Positions 42,570 to 52,859 are shown, counted from the first letter of the stretch. The stretch: DNA of 64,000 nt from Candidatus Poribacteria bacterium (GCA_965242965.1 OZ251518.1:864001-928000); one strand, 5' to 3'. Notes: a model not told the origin generated them from the letters alone. Numbers and translations are program-made.

Positions 42570-45500
42570 ATGAATTTCTATATTACTTTGAAACGCGCTA
42601 TCGTTTACGCGCCGTTTACGGCGGCGCGCGCCATCGGCACCGCATATAGCCGATTTAACCCCCCCCTATCCACGTCTGTTAACCTTGCCAAGGTTAGCAT
42701 TCTTCTGGCGTTGCTGGTGATTTCGTCCGCTTGCTGCTGGCTCCCAGTCGCTTCCGCACAGAGTCCCACTGTGAACATACCTGACACCGTTCTAGCCGCC
42801 GCAGTGGGCACCCAACTCTTTAACTCGGGAATAATAATGAATCTTGGGGATACCATTACGCGAGCACACATGTCCAACATCTGGTTCCAAGCCCTCGTCG
42901 TCAACGCCCCGGCGGATCCTACGAAGAAGATAAAAGACTTAACCGGGCTAGAGTTCGCGCCGAACTTAGTGACACTGTCGATCGAGGCTCATGACATCCG
43001 CAGCCTGGAACCTATTAAAGATTTGACAACTTTGAAGTATCTTAGGTTCACGGGCAGTGAGAATCTTGGCGACATTAGCCCAATCCGAGGTTTGACGAAT
43101 CTCGAGGAATTACAACTTGGGAACACAGGTATAAGCGACATTACGCCGCTCGCAAACTTGACAAACTTGGAGCACCTAGACCTGAAAAATAATGAGATTC
43201 ACGACATCTCTGCCCTTGCAAACTTGACAAAGTTGACGTTTCTCAACCTCTGGAACAACGCACCTCGCGACCAGCCGGAACTTAAGGGGAACAATCAGGT
43301 CCGCGATATCGGACCGCTCGCAAACTTGACAGCACTGACGCATTTGTATCTTGATGGGAATCAAATCAGCGACCTGACACCCCTCGCAAACTTGACAGAA
43401 TTGATACTCTTAGAAATTCAGGATAATCAAGTTCGCGACATCTCACCGATCACGGGAATAGCGCACAGGTTGAGGACTTTATTCCTTGATGGGAACCCAC
43501 TCAGTTATCGCTCGATTTACACGCATCTCCCAACCATCCGATCCAGAATAATCCCATCCAGAATAAACTTTGTCACGTTTGAGACTCCATCAGGGGATGC
43601 TACCCGAATTCCAGGGGGCCTTGTATCAATTTCTGGCGATGAACAAACCGGCATGTCCGGTGCGCCGCTGGCAGCACCGTTCGTTGTTGAAACGCGCGAC
43701 AGCGAAGGCGCACTCTTTGCCGGTGTCCCTTTGACTTTCACCATCACCGAGGGCGGCGGGACACTTAACCCCGTCCCTACGGAAACGGATGACGATGGGA
43801 GAGCTGAGGCGACGCTCACGCCGGTGACAACACTCGGAAGGCACACCGTGGCGGTAACCGTGATTCATGAAGGGACGACGCTAAGGACCGCGTTTACTGC
43901 GGATGTGCTGCCTGTCGCGCTGGCAGCACCCACGTTGGAGGATGCATTGCCTACGACACTGCAGGTGAGTTGGCCTGCGCCGGCGTATCCTGTTGAAGGC
44001 TACGAGGTCCGCTATCGGGTTAAGGACAGCGAGGCATGGACAGATGCAACCCATGAGGGGACAGGCACCAACATCACGCTCACCGATTTAATTCCCGGCA
44101 CGGCTTATGAGGCGCAAATCCGGGCGCAGACTACGGCGGGACCTAGTCCCTGGTCACCTTCGGTGAGCGGTATGACAGCGTATGTGCTGTTGACAACGCG
44201 GGAGTTAGCCCCTTCGCCTGTCGCCTCGGATCGCCTCGTTTTTAACGAACTGCGCAACGCCAATGATGATAAACACGATTGGCTGGAGGTGAAAAACATC
44301 AGCGATGCGGACATCCCACTTGCCGGTTGGGAAATCAGCATCGTCGCATCGGCAGGCGGTGCAGCCGATCAGGATGTTGACATCATCACGTTTCCGGCAT
44401 ACACGTTGCCTGCGGGGGAAGTCTTGCTCATCGTCAACACGTCGCCGAGTCAGACGGACCTGGCGAGTGGTGTGAACATTGCAACAGGCACCGGGAAGAA
44501 AGGCGCGAAACACCGGTATCTCGTCTCAGGCAAACTGAAGTTACCGCAGACATCCTATCTGTTACTATTGCGCAGCGTCACCGATAAAAATGGCACCGCC
44601 GAGGCGTTGGAGGATGTCGCGGGGAATTACTTCCGAGAAACCGGGGACCTCTTATTTGGTGACGAGGGAACGCAAGTATGGCCCCTTCAAGATACGGAGC
44701 GTCCCAGTCCCGCCGATGCCGCGTCGTTGGCAGTGGGTGAAGCCTGGGCGCGGATTTCAACGGAGCAGCGAGGTTACTTCGCCGCCGCCTGGTCCCGGAG
44801 TGGGTATCAAGCCGGGCTCGGGTATCGACCTAACGCCGTGACAGAGCCCACGAGTGTCGGCACACCAGGGTATGCAAATACGGCTGTCACTGGGGAGGCA
44901 CCGAGCGGCCGCGTCAGTATCAGCGAGTTGATGTTCTCTACCAAATCCGGTCGCCGCACGGTGCCGCAGTGGCTGGAGCTCTACAATAATTCCATGACGG
45001 AGGCAGTGAAGTTAGAAGGCTGGCGGTTGGAGGTGGAATACCTGACTGGGAAACCCGCGCGTCGGCATCGGTTCGATGCCGTTTCGCTCACGCCGCTCAC
45101 CGTGTTGCCGAATCAGACGGTCTTGCTGGTGACATGGCGTGCGGAGACATCCGGGCATTTTCCAGAAGGGAAACTCTACAACCTCTACTTTGAGCATCCG
45201 ACTGCATTTAACCAACGCGAGCGGCGGAATGACGTGTTGAATGCGGCGGGGTTCTCGGTGCGGCTCTTGGATGCAGGTGGCACTCTTGTCGATAGTGTTG
45301 GGAACTTGGATGGCGTGGCGCGCACGAAAGATGCACCGACTTGGGACGTGCCATCGGGAACAACCGCCGATGGCGCGCGGGTGTCTCTCCTCCGAAAATA
45401 TGAAGACAGCGCGCCGCTGCCGGGCACCGAGGCAGACAGTTGGGTGAGCGCATCGGAGGTGAAACTCGCAGTGTCCACCTATTATGGATGGGAGTCAGAC

Positions 45501-45899
45501 CTCGGGACACCTGGGTATCGGGACGGCGGTCCGCTGCCGGTTGTGTTATCGCACTTCCAGTCGGTTCGGACAGATGCGGGGGTTGTGATTCGTTGGACAA
45601 CCGAGTCGTCGTTGGAGAATGCGGGGTTTAACCTGCTGCGCGGGGAGAGCCGCCCAGGTCCGTTTACGCAAATCAACCGTGGTTTGATTGCCGGTGCCGG
45701 CACGACAGGCGAGCGTCGGACGTATACGTTCACGGATAGTGCTGCGAAACCGCGCGTGAGTTATTATTATCGTTTGGAGGAGGTTTCGTTTGGTGGTGTG
45801 CGTCAGGTGCTTGCGACGACGCGCGTAAGAGGGTCCGTGATGGCGAGTGGTAAACTTACTATGCGGTGGAGTCAGCTTAAGTCTCCCTCAGGCCCGTAG
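42570..45899 (+). CDS. secreted internalin-like LRR + Ig-like + FN3 + lamin-tail-domain protein
   Basis: IPD..L..AV cap, 22-aa LRRs (LANLTNLEHLDL.NN.I.DI), SGDEQ.G Ig domain, FN3 (YEVRYR..LIPGTAYE), two ISEL/FNEL..WLEL LTD units and PLPVVLSHF. Confidence 0.85.
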   Translation: MNFYITLKRAIVYAPFTAARAIGTAYSRFNPPLSTSVNLAKVSILLALLVISSACCWLPVASAQSPTVNIPDTVLAAAVGTQLFNSGIIMNLGDTITRAHMSNIWFQALVVNAPADPTKKIKDLTGLEFAPNLVTLSIEAHDIRSLEPIKDLTTLKYLRFTGSENLGDISPIRGLTNLEELQLGNTGISDITPLANLTNLEHLDLKNNEIHDISALANLTKLTFLNLWNNAPRDQPELKGNNQVRDIGPLANLTALTHLYLDGNQISDLTPLANLTELILLEIQDNQVRDISPITGIAHRLRTLFLDGNPLSYRSIYTHLPTIRSRIIPSRINFVTFETPSGDATRIPGGLVSISGDEQTGMSGAPLAAPFVVETRDSEGALFAGVPLTFTITEGGGTLNPVPTETDDDGRAEATLTPVTTLGRHTVAVTVIHEGTTLRTAFTADVLPVALAAPTLEDALPTTLQVSWPAPAYPVEGYEVRYRVKDSEAWTDATHEGTGTNITLTDLIPGTAYEAQIRAQTTAGPSPWSPSVSGMTAYVLLTTRELAPSPVASDRLVFNELRNANDDKHDWLEVKNISDADIPLAGWEISIVASAGGAADQDVDIITFPAYTLPAGEVLLIVNTSPSQTDLASGVNIATGTGKKGAKHRYLVSGKLKLPQTSYLLLLRSVTDKNGTAEALEDVAGNYFRETGDLLFGDEGTQVWPLQDTERPSPADAASLAVGEAWARISTEQRGYFAAAWSRSGYQAGLGYRPNAVTEPTSVGTPGYANTAVTGEAPSGRVSISELMFSTKSGRRTVPQWLELYNNSMTEAVKLEGWRLEVEYLTGKPARRHRFDAVSLTPLTVLPNQTVLLVTWRAETSGHFPEGKLYNLYFEHPTAFNQRERRNDVLNAAGFSVRLLDAGGTLVDSVGNLDGVARTKDAPTWDVPSGTTADGARVSLLRKYEDSAPLPGTEADSWVSASEVKLAVSTYYGWESDLGTPGYRDGGPLPVVLSHFQSVRTDAGVVIRWTTESSLENAGFNLLRGESRPGPFTQINRGLIAGAGTTGERRTYTFTDSAAKPRVSYYYRLEEVSFGGVRQVLATTRVRGSVMASGKLTMRWSQLKSPSGP

Positions 45900-46170
45900 G
45901 GCGAGGGCCTGTCCCTCGCCATGCACCGATCGCCAGGCTCTGTAAGTCAGGATCGCCAGATCCTGACCCGTTTGTGATCAGGCGATCACAAACTACAGAG
46001 GGGAAACACACATCGTGACGACAGAGATCGCGGGGGACAGGCCCCCGCGCTACGATAAAACGCCCCTTCGCTAACCAACGATCGCGGGGGACAGGCCCCC
46101 GCACTACGATAAAAAACGCCTCTTCGCTAATCCAACGATCGCGGGGGACAGGCCCCCGCGCTACGGTAAC
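45895..46170. repeat. composite REP-like hairpin cluster
   Basis: Starts at the stop codon of the LRR gene; three tandem GATCGCGGGGGACAGGCCCCCGC units. Confidence 0.9.
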
Positions 46171-46215
46171 ACAGCGGAAGGAACGGAATCTCCCTGAAAA
46201 ACAACGCAAAATCTC

Positions 46216-46244
46216 TTGACATTTGCATCTATATTTGGTATCCT
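46216..46244 (+). promoter_or_regulatory. sigma70-type promoter, probably leaderless or very short leader
   Basis: TTGACA-17 bp-TATCCT; the ATG at 46253 lies 8 nt downstream. Confidence 0.6.
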
Positions 46245-46252
46245 ATAGATAT

Positions 46253-47440
46253 ATGGAAAACGCAATCACAACTGATACCACAACATTAATGCTCCCACCG
46301 ACGGTGATTACCGGTCCCGGTGCATCCGATACCGTCGGCGAACAAGCGAAGCGGCTCGGCGCAACTTGCGCGCTAATTGTTACCGACCCGGGTATCGCAA
46401 AGATTGGATACGCGGACAAGATCTCGCAGCATTTGCGTGCCGCGGGGATAGGCACAACGTGCTTCGCCGATGTCACCCCAGATCCGACGTTGCAGAACGT
46501 CACGGTTGGACTCAAGCAGTACCGAGAGGTATCGTGCGATGTGATTGTCAGCATCGGCGGTGGCAGCGCGATTGACTGCGGCAAAGGCATCGCGATGAAG
46601 TTGACGAACGATGGCGATTTCGCCGATTACATGGGGATAGATAAAATTCCGAACCCCGGCGCGCCGCTGATTGCCATCCCGACTACCGGCGGCACGGGCA
46701 GCGAAGTCTCGAAAGTCACCGTGATTACGGACACTGAACGAAATGTTAAGATGATGCTCAGTAGTCCGTGTTTGCTTGCGCGCGTGGCAATCGTCGATGC
46801 GTTGCTTTCGCTCACAACGCCGCCGCACTTGACATCGGCAGTCGGCGTTGATGCGTTGACGCATGCGATAGAGGCGTTCATCTCCAAACGCGCGCAGCCG
46901 ATAACCGACGCGCTAGCATTGAAAGCGATTGCGTTGATTTCCGGTTCGCTGCGGCAGGCGTGGGCAGATGGCACCAACGTATCGGCGCGAACGGATATGA
47001 TGCTCGGCGCGTCTATCGCGGGGATGGCGTTCAGCAACTCCTCTGTCGCCTTAGTCCACGGCATGTCCCGTCCGATCGGTGCTTATTTTCATATTCACCA
47101 CGGGTTATCAAACGCTGTTCTGCTTCTTGACGTGATGGAGTTTAGTGTTGTCGGCGCGCCGTCACGCTTCGCAGCCATCGCGCGCGCGATGGGTGAACCT
47201 GTTGACGGTTTATCCCCGATGTCGCAGGCGGATACCGCCATTTCGGCTGTGGAACGACTCGTCACCGATATCCAGATGCCGCGCCTCGGTGACATCGGCA
47301 TTTCAAAAGATAAGTTTGATGCAGTCGTTGAACAGATGGCACGAGATGCGCTGGCGAGCGGCAGTCCGGCGAATAACCCGCGTCAGGCCACCGCGGAAGA
47401 GATAGTCGCTTTGTATCAGAAGTGCTACGCGCCGCGCTAA
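46253..47440 (+). CDS. iron-containing alcohol dehydrogenase
   Basis: GGGSAIDCGK, PTTGGTGSE, DALTHAIEA, VHGMS and HHGLSNA. Confidence 0.93.
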   Translation: MENAITTDTTTLMLPPTVITGPGASDTVGEQAKRLGATCALIVTDPGIAKIGYADKISQHLRAAGIGTTCFADVTPDPTLQNVTVGLKQYREVSCDVIVSIGGGSAIDCGKGIAMKLTNDGDFADYMGIDKIPNPGAPLIAIPTTGGTGSEVSKVTVITDTERNVKMMLSSPCLLARVAIVDALLSLTTPPHLTSAVGVDALTHAIEAFISKRAQPITDALALKAIALISGSLRQAWADGTNVSARTDMMLGASIAGMAFSNSSVALVHGMSRPIGAYFHIHHGLSNAVLLLDVMEFSVVGAPSRFAAIARAMGEPVDGLSPMSQADTAISAVERLVTDIQMPRLGDIGISKDKFDAVVEQMARDALASGSPANNPRQATAEEIVALYQKCYAPR

Positions 47441-47453
47441 ATCGGAGGAACTT

Positions 47454-48413
47454 GTGGACAGACTCAAAATCGTTGTTCCCGGCGATGCGCCGCCGCAAAT
47501 TCAAGGCTCGCCGCATCTGGAACGCCTGAAACCTTACGGCGATGTGGTGGTATACAACGACAGACCGGGGACTCCTGAAGAGAAACTTCGGCGCGCCGCT
47601 GATGCAGATATTCTCATCAATTCGCGCGGGTTGGTAAAGTGGCCCGCGGAAATTCTACGGCAGCTGCCCAAACTGAAACTCATCTCGCTGTGCTCTATTG
47701 GCACAGACATGATTGCGCTAGACGCGGCGAAAGAGCGAGGCATTGTCGTCTGTAATCAACCGGGCCGCACCGCGCCTGTCGTCGCCGAGCACAGTTTCGG
47801 GCTCATGTTCGCGCTGGCTAAACGCGCGGCATTCCTGACAGCGGCAGTGAAAGCCGGTGAATGGCCGCGCAGGGATAACGTCTATTTGCAAGGGAAGACG
47901 CTCGGCGTTATTGGCACGGGGCATATCGGTTCAGAAATGGCGCGCCTCGGCACCGCAATCGGCATGAACGTTATCGCATGGACATATCACCCCTCTGAAG
48001 AACGCGCGAAGCAGTTGGGTGTGCAATTCGTTGCGTTTGACGAGCTGCTCCGCGATTCGGATGTCGTCAGCCTGCATGTCAAGTTGACAGCGGCCAGTCG
48101 GCATCTCATCGGCGAGCGCGAATTGGGGTTGATGAAACCGAACGCGCTTTTAATCAACGTCGCGCGCGGCGGTGTGCTGGACACAGATGCCCTCGTCCGT
48201 GCCTTAAATAACGGATACCTCGGCGGTGCCGCCATTGATGTCTATGATGAGGAACCGCCACCGGCAAATCATCCGCTCCTGTCATGCGAACAGGTGATTT
48301 TCACGCCGCATTGTGCGGATATGACACCGGAAGGCGTTGAATTGCTCAATGAAGGCGCGGTGGATAATGTCATCGCTTTTTTGGAAGGGGAACCACAGAA
48401 TGTGGTGGGTTGA
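47454..48413 (+). CDS. D-isomer-specific 2-hydroxyacid dehydrogenase
   Basis: GKTLGVIGTGHIG, DVVSLH, LINVARGG, DVYDEEP and TPH; GGAGG RBS with GTG start. Confidence 0.92.
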   Translation: MDRLKIVVPGDAPPQIQGSPHLERLKPYGDVVVYNDRPGTPEEKLRRAADADILINSRGLVKWPAEILRQLPKLKLISLCSIGTDMIALDAAKERGIVVCNQPGRTAPVVAEHSFGLMFALAKRAAFLTAAVKAGEWPRRDNVYLQGKTLGVIGTGHIGSEMARLGTAIGMNVIAWTYHPSEERAKQLGVQFVAFDELLRDSDVVSLHVKLTAASRHLIGERELGLMKPNALLINVARGGVLDTDALVRALNNGYLGGAAIDVYDEEPPPANHPLLSCEQVIFTPHCADMTPEGVELLNEGAVDNVIAFLEGEPQNVVG

Positions 48414-48414
48414 G

Positions 48415-48925
48415 TGAGGGTGTCTCATATTTCGATGCGTTTCGGTAGGAGAGACCTCGGGTCTCGATTTCTTCGGATAGGCGCGCCCTCCTGGTCTCAA
48501 TGTGTTTCGTATCGGGACAAGGATGTCCCGCCTACCGGAAGGCATCGGGCCCATCTCTGTAGTTCGGGAGCGCCTGCTCCCGAACGGGTCAGGAGCAGGC
48601 GCTCCTGAACTACAGAGGAGATGCGCTCTGCCCGCCAAACGCATGGCGAGGGACAGGCCCTCGCCCTACGGTGAAAGGGGGCTTTCCTCCACCCGTACCG
48701 CGGGGGCCTGTCCCCCGCGATCGTTGGGTTGCGCGTGCATGAACGCTGGCGAGGGACAGGCCCTCGCCCTACGGTAACGCACGCCGTTTTTTATCGTAGC
48801 GCGGGGGCCCTCGGATGCCATACGCGCATCCGAGAGGGTTTCCCCCGCGATCGTTGGAGTGCGCGGACGATATTGAGACCGGGAGGTCTCTCCTACGGGG
48901 ACGCACATTCACAAAATGCGCGGGT
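48415..48925. repeat. composite REP-like hairpin cluster
   Basis: Boundary motif at 48415 followed by several hairpin families. Confidence 0.9.
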
Positions 48926-48954
48926 GGAAACCGCGCCACCTAATAAAAAGAAAA

Positions 48955-50970
48955 ATGGAAAAACAGCACGGAAATCCAAAAATCGGCGTTGATACCGGTG
49001 GCACCTTCACAGACATCGTTATGTTCGTCGATGGAACGCTCATGACGCATAAAGTCCTCTCCACGCCGCTGAACCCGGCGCACGCCGTGATACGAGGTGT
49101 CCACGACATCGTGGAAAGGCTTGCGCCGCGCCAAAATGCCGATATTGTGCACGGTTCGACGGTTGCCACCAACGCGCTTCTTGAACGGAGAGGTGCCAAA
49201 ATCGCATTGGTTACCACGAAAGGGTTTGAAGATGTCCTAGAAATTGGGAGGCAGGCGCGCCCAAGCCTTTATGATTTCTGGGTGGAACGCCCGGCTCCCC
49301 TCGTGCCAGCCGAAAGACGATTCGGAGTTGCCGAAAGGACACTCCACACCGGTGTCACCGAAACCCCGATTGACACGGAGCAGTTAGACACGCTCGCAAA
49401 ACATCTCGCGACGTTATCACTCGATGCGATTGCTATCTGCTTCCTCTTCTCTTACGTGAATCCGCAGAACGAACAGATTGCCGCCGAACACCTGGCCACG
49501 CTCAACATTCCGATTTCGTGCTCTCACGAAATTTTGCCGGAATACCGCGAGTATGAACGCTTCAGCACCACAGTGGCGAATGCTTATATCCGGCCCACTT
49601 TGGAACGCCACCTCTCCACGCTGAGCGAATCTCAGCGGTTTCCAAAGTCTTTCCGTTTGATGCTGTCCAATGGGGGCAGTATTTCGGCGAGGAATTTCCA
49701 CGCTGCGGGTATCCGGACTGTGCTTTCTGGACCCGCGGGTGGTGTTATCGGCGCGTATCACGTCGCGAAAACCGCCGGTTATCAGAAAATCATCACGTTT
49801 GATATGGGCGGCACCTCCACCGATGTCAGTCTGTGCGATAACGGCATATCCATGACCACCGAGAGCACTATCAGCGGGCTCCCCATCAAAGTGCCGCTCA
49901 TTGATATCCACACCGTCGGCGCGGGCGGCGGCTCCATCGCGAGTGTGGATGCCGGCGGTGCCCTGCGCGTCGGACCGGAAAGTGCAGGCGCAGACCCGGG
50001 CCCCATCTGTTATGGAAAGGGAGAAGAGATTACCGTTACCGATGCGAACCTCTTTTTAGGTAGGATTGAACCGAATCGGTTTTTAGGCGGGAAGATGCAA
50101 CTCGCATCCGACGCGACCCGGGAGCATCTGGAAAAATTCAGTGTTGGACTTGGAATGTCGCCGGTGGAAGCCGCCGATGGCATTCTGAAAGTGGCGAACG
50201 CGACGATGGAGCGCGCCATCAAAGTCATCTCTGTTGAGCGCGGTTTTGACACGCGCGATTTCACGCTGGTTTCCTTCGGCGGCGCGGGCGGTTTGCACGC
50301 CGCATTCTTGGCAGAAAACCTCGGCATTCAAACAGTGCTTATTCCACCGAACGGCGGCTTACTCTCCGCCTACGGCATGCTCTTCGCCGATGTCGTCAAA
50401 GATTATTCGCAAACGGTGCTGTGGACGTTCCAAAGCACGGGTGACACTCCAACGGAACAACTCACTGCCGGTTTTACGACACTCCTCGCCAGGGCGGAGA
50501 ACGAAATGCAAACGGAGGGGTTCGCGCCGCATCAACTCAACATCGCGTGTTCACTTGACATGCGATATGAGGGACAATCTTATGAGTTGAATATCCCTTA
50601 CCTTGAGACAGATTTCATCGCCAAATTCCACGCCGCCCACGAACAGCGGTTCAGTTATGCGCGTCCCGAAGCAGCAGTAGAAGTCGTCAACCTCCGTCTC
50701 ACTGCCATCGGCGAAACCGAAAAGCCGGCGATTCTTCCTGAACGCCTTACCGATTCCGAGGTTTCTCCAAGTGCCCGCGTCGCGACAATGCCTGTCGTTT
50801 TTGAAGGGAAAGCGCGCCCAACCGATTTCTATCGCCGCGAGGCATTGTGTCCGGGTAACGAGATTGAAGGACCGGCTATCATCACAGAATTCAGTGCGAC
50901 TACCGTCGTGCCGCCTGATTTCCGCGCCACCGTCGATGCCTATCGGAATCTCATTTTGCGGCATCAGTAG
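48955..50970 (+). CDS. hydantoinase/oxoprolinase family subunit A
   Basis: IGVDTGGTFTD, HGSTVATNALL, SGPAGG, DMGGTSTD, GAGGGS and GPESAGADPGPICYG. Confidence 0.93.
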   Translation: MEKQHGNPKIGVDTGGTFTDIVMFVDGTLMTHKVLSTPLNPAHAVIRGVHDIVERLAPRQNADIVHGSTVATNALLERRGAKIALVTTKGFEDVLEIGRQARPSLYDFWVERPAPLVPAERRFGVAERTLHTGVTETPIDTEQLDTLAKHLATLSLDAIAICFLFSYVNPQNEQIAAEHLATLNIPISCSHEILPEYREYERFSTTVANAYIRPTLERHLSTLSESQRFPKSFRLMLSNGGSISARNFHAAGIRTVLSGPAGGVIGAYHVAKTAGYQKIITFDMGGTSTDVSLCDNGISMTTESTISGLPIKVPLIDIHTVGAGGGSIASVDAGGALRVGPESAGADPGPICYGKGEEITVTDANLFLGRIEPNRFLGGKMQLASDATREHLEKFSVGLGMSPVEAADGILKVANATMERAIKVISVERGFDTRDFTLVSFGGAGGLHAAFLAENLGIQTVLIPPNGGLLSAYGMLFADVVKDYSQTVLWTFQSTGDTPTEQLTAGFTTLLARAENEMQTEGFAPHQLNIACSLDMRYEGQSYELNIPYLETDFIAKFHAAHEQRFSYARPEAAVEVVNLRLTAIGETEKPAILPERLTDSEVSPSARVATMPVVFEGKARPTDFYRREALCPGNEIEGPAIITEFSATTVVPPDFRATVDAYRNLILRHQ

Positions 50971-51019
50971 GAGAGACCTCCCGGTCTCGATGCGCGCCCA
51001 GTAGGAGAGACCTCCCGGT

Positions 51020-51245
51020 CTCGATTGCCCCCGTATCGGGACAAGGATATCCCTCCTACCCACACCCGTTCGGGACAAGGATGTCCCGCCTACCCAAACG
51101 CATATCGGGACAAGGATGTCCCGCCTACCCAAACGCGATGCCCCCAGTAGGAGAGACCTCCTGGTCTCGATGCAATTCCCGTATCGGGACAAGGATGTCC
51201 CTCCTACCCACACGCATTCGGGACAGGGATGTCCCTCCTACCCAC
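51020..51245. repeat. tandem CGGGACAAGGATGTCCC(G/T)CCTAC hairpin family
   Basis: Five copies here, with single copies near 33226 and 48509. On the minus strand each reads GTAG + GGGAC/GTCCC stem. Confidence 0.85.
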
Positions 51246-51269
51246 ACGCGGAGGAGAGCCCTTCCTGCC

Positions 51270-52181
51270 TCACCAATTCGTATCATAATCCCAATTCACG
51301 CGTTGTCTACCGTAGCGTTTACCCGCAATTTCAGTCTGGTGACAATCAAAACATCGATGGAAATCCCCAACGCCGTGCAATTCGTGCGCTTCTTGAATTT
51401 CGGGCGTGTTATGCACGTGGCAGACAATGCACGTATAACTGCGATAGGCATTATCGGCGTAGATGCCGAGTTTTGCGTTGTTTTCGCCCGCGCTGACATG
51501 ATAGACGCGCCCACTTTTTTCATCGGTAATTTTCCACGCGCGTCCCTCCGTTTTCACGGCAACCGGCGAAGTCTGCGAGATGTTAATGCCGTGTTGCAAA
51601 AGCCACCAATGAATATCGTCAGGGACAACTCCCGCGGTATCCAACTCTGGCTGAACAGCTGCATCGACGTGGAACAACAGCGGTTCGGAGGTATGACACC
51701 TCGCGCACGGGACATCGTGGACATCGGTGAGCGGGAAAAATGCGTCGTGCTCCAACTTTTTCTGTCCATGGAACACAATGCCGATTAATAGCACCGGCGC
51801 GAGGATGAGATGACACCGTAGCAGGATCTGCCGCGTGCGGCGCGTTGTGAAACTGACAGCGAGCCCTGTCCCTAAATTCGCCATCGCCAGCAAAAAGGTC
51901 AGCCACGAATGCCACTCAAGCGGTTGGAAAGCGGAGTGGATAAGCACTAAGCACAATCCTAATGAGGCGAAGCGTTGATGGTATCTCAACCAGACTTGTC
52001 TACTTCCCCAGCGAATCCATCGCACTCTAAAGAAATAGAGCGCGGCGATGACAATGGCGATAGCACCGATGATGCTTAGCGGGTGTCTCGCCTCGCCGAA
52101 ACTGCCATACCGCCAGATGCAGAGTATTGAGATGAGAACGGCACCGATAACGCCGTGCGCGATGTTGATGAAAACTTTCAT
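51270..52181 (-). CDS. membrane protein with C-terminal three-heme c-type cytochrome domain
   Basis: About five N-terminal TM helices with His residues (HQRF..LIH, CHL..FH), then CARCH, CIVCH and CFDCH. Confidence 0.72.
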   Translation of the reverse strand: MKVFINIAHGVIGAVLISILCIWRYGSFGEARHPLSIIGAIAIVIAALYFFRVRWIRWGSRQVWLRYHQRFASLGLCLVLIHSAFQPLEWHSWLTFLLAMANLGTGLAVSFTTRRTRQILLRCHLILAPVLLIGIVFHGQKKLEHDAFFPLTDVHDVPCARCHTSEPLLFHVDAAVQPELDTAGVVPDDIHWWLLQHGINISQTSPVAVKTEGRAWKITDEKSGRVYHVSAGENNAKLGIYADNAYRSYTCIVCHVHNTPEIQEAHELHGVGDFHRCFDCHQTEIAGKRYGRQRVNWDYDTNW

Positions 52182-52229
52182 GAGATAAACGTTATCACAA
52201 ATCGTTCGTGAACGCAAGAAAAAAGTTCT

Positions 52230-52824
52230 TTACGGTGACAAAACGCTGCCCCTTCACGTAGGGCGAGGGCCTGTCCCTCGCCATCGCTCGCACTACGGAA
52301 AAAACGTCTCTGGTTCTCTTCAGGTCCGTAGGACCTGCATGTCTATAGCACGTGAGGCTGCGAAGAACGCTAAGGTCCTTTAGGTCCTTAATAGATTTTG
52401 CCAGGGCCGCGCGTATTTTTTATTAAGGACCTAAAGGACCTTGAAAACGGGACGACACGTGTTTCTATAGACATTAAGGACCTAAAGGACCTAAAACGAT
52501 GCGTAGGAAAAAAAAACGGCGTGCGTTACCGTAGGGCGGGGGCCTGTCCCTCGCCATCGTCCGTGCACTCCAACGCTCGCGGGGGACAGGCCCCCGCGAG
52601 CTCCATCGTCATGAGGTGTGCTTTCCCCTCTGTAGTTTGTGATCGCCTGATCACAAACGGGTCGGGATCAGGCGATCCCGAACTACAGGGTCTGGCGCGA
52701 GAACGCTGGCGAGGGACAGGCCCTCGCCCTACGATGAAAGGGGGGATTTCTGCCGCCCTATTGCATCGAGACCGGGAGGTCTCTCCTACTGGGAAGACAT
52801 TGAGATATGAAACACCCGCAATTA
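52230..52824. repeat. composite REP-like hairpin cluster including the ~175-bp inverted-repeat element
   Basis: Element at 52320-52494; boundary motif at 52805-52824. Confidence 0.9.
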
Positions 52825-52829
52825 TTTTC

Positions 52830-52859
52830 TTGACATATCTCCGCGAAATTTGCTAAAAT
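52830..52859 (+). promoter_or_regulatory. sigma70-type promoter
   Basis: TTGACA-18 bp-TAAAAT with TG extension. Confidence 0.65.
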
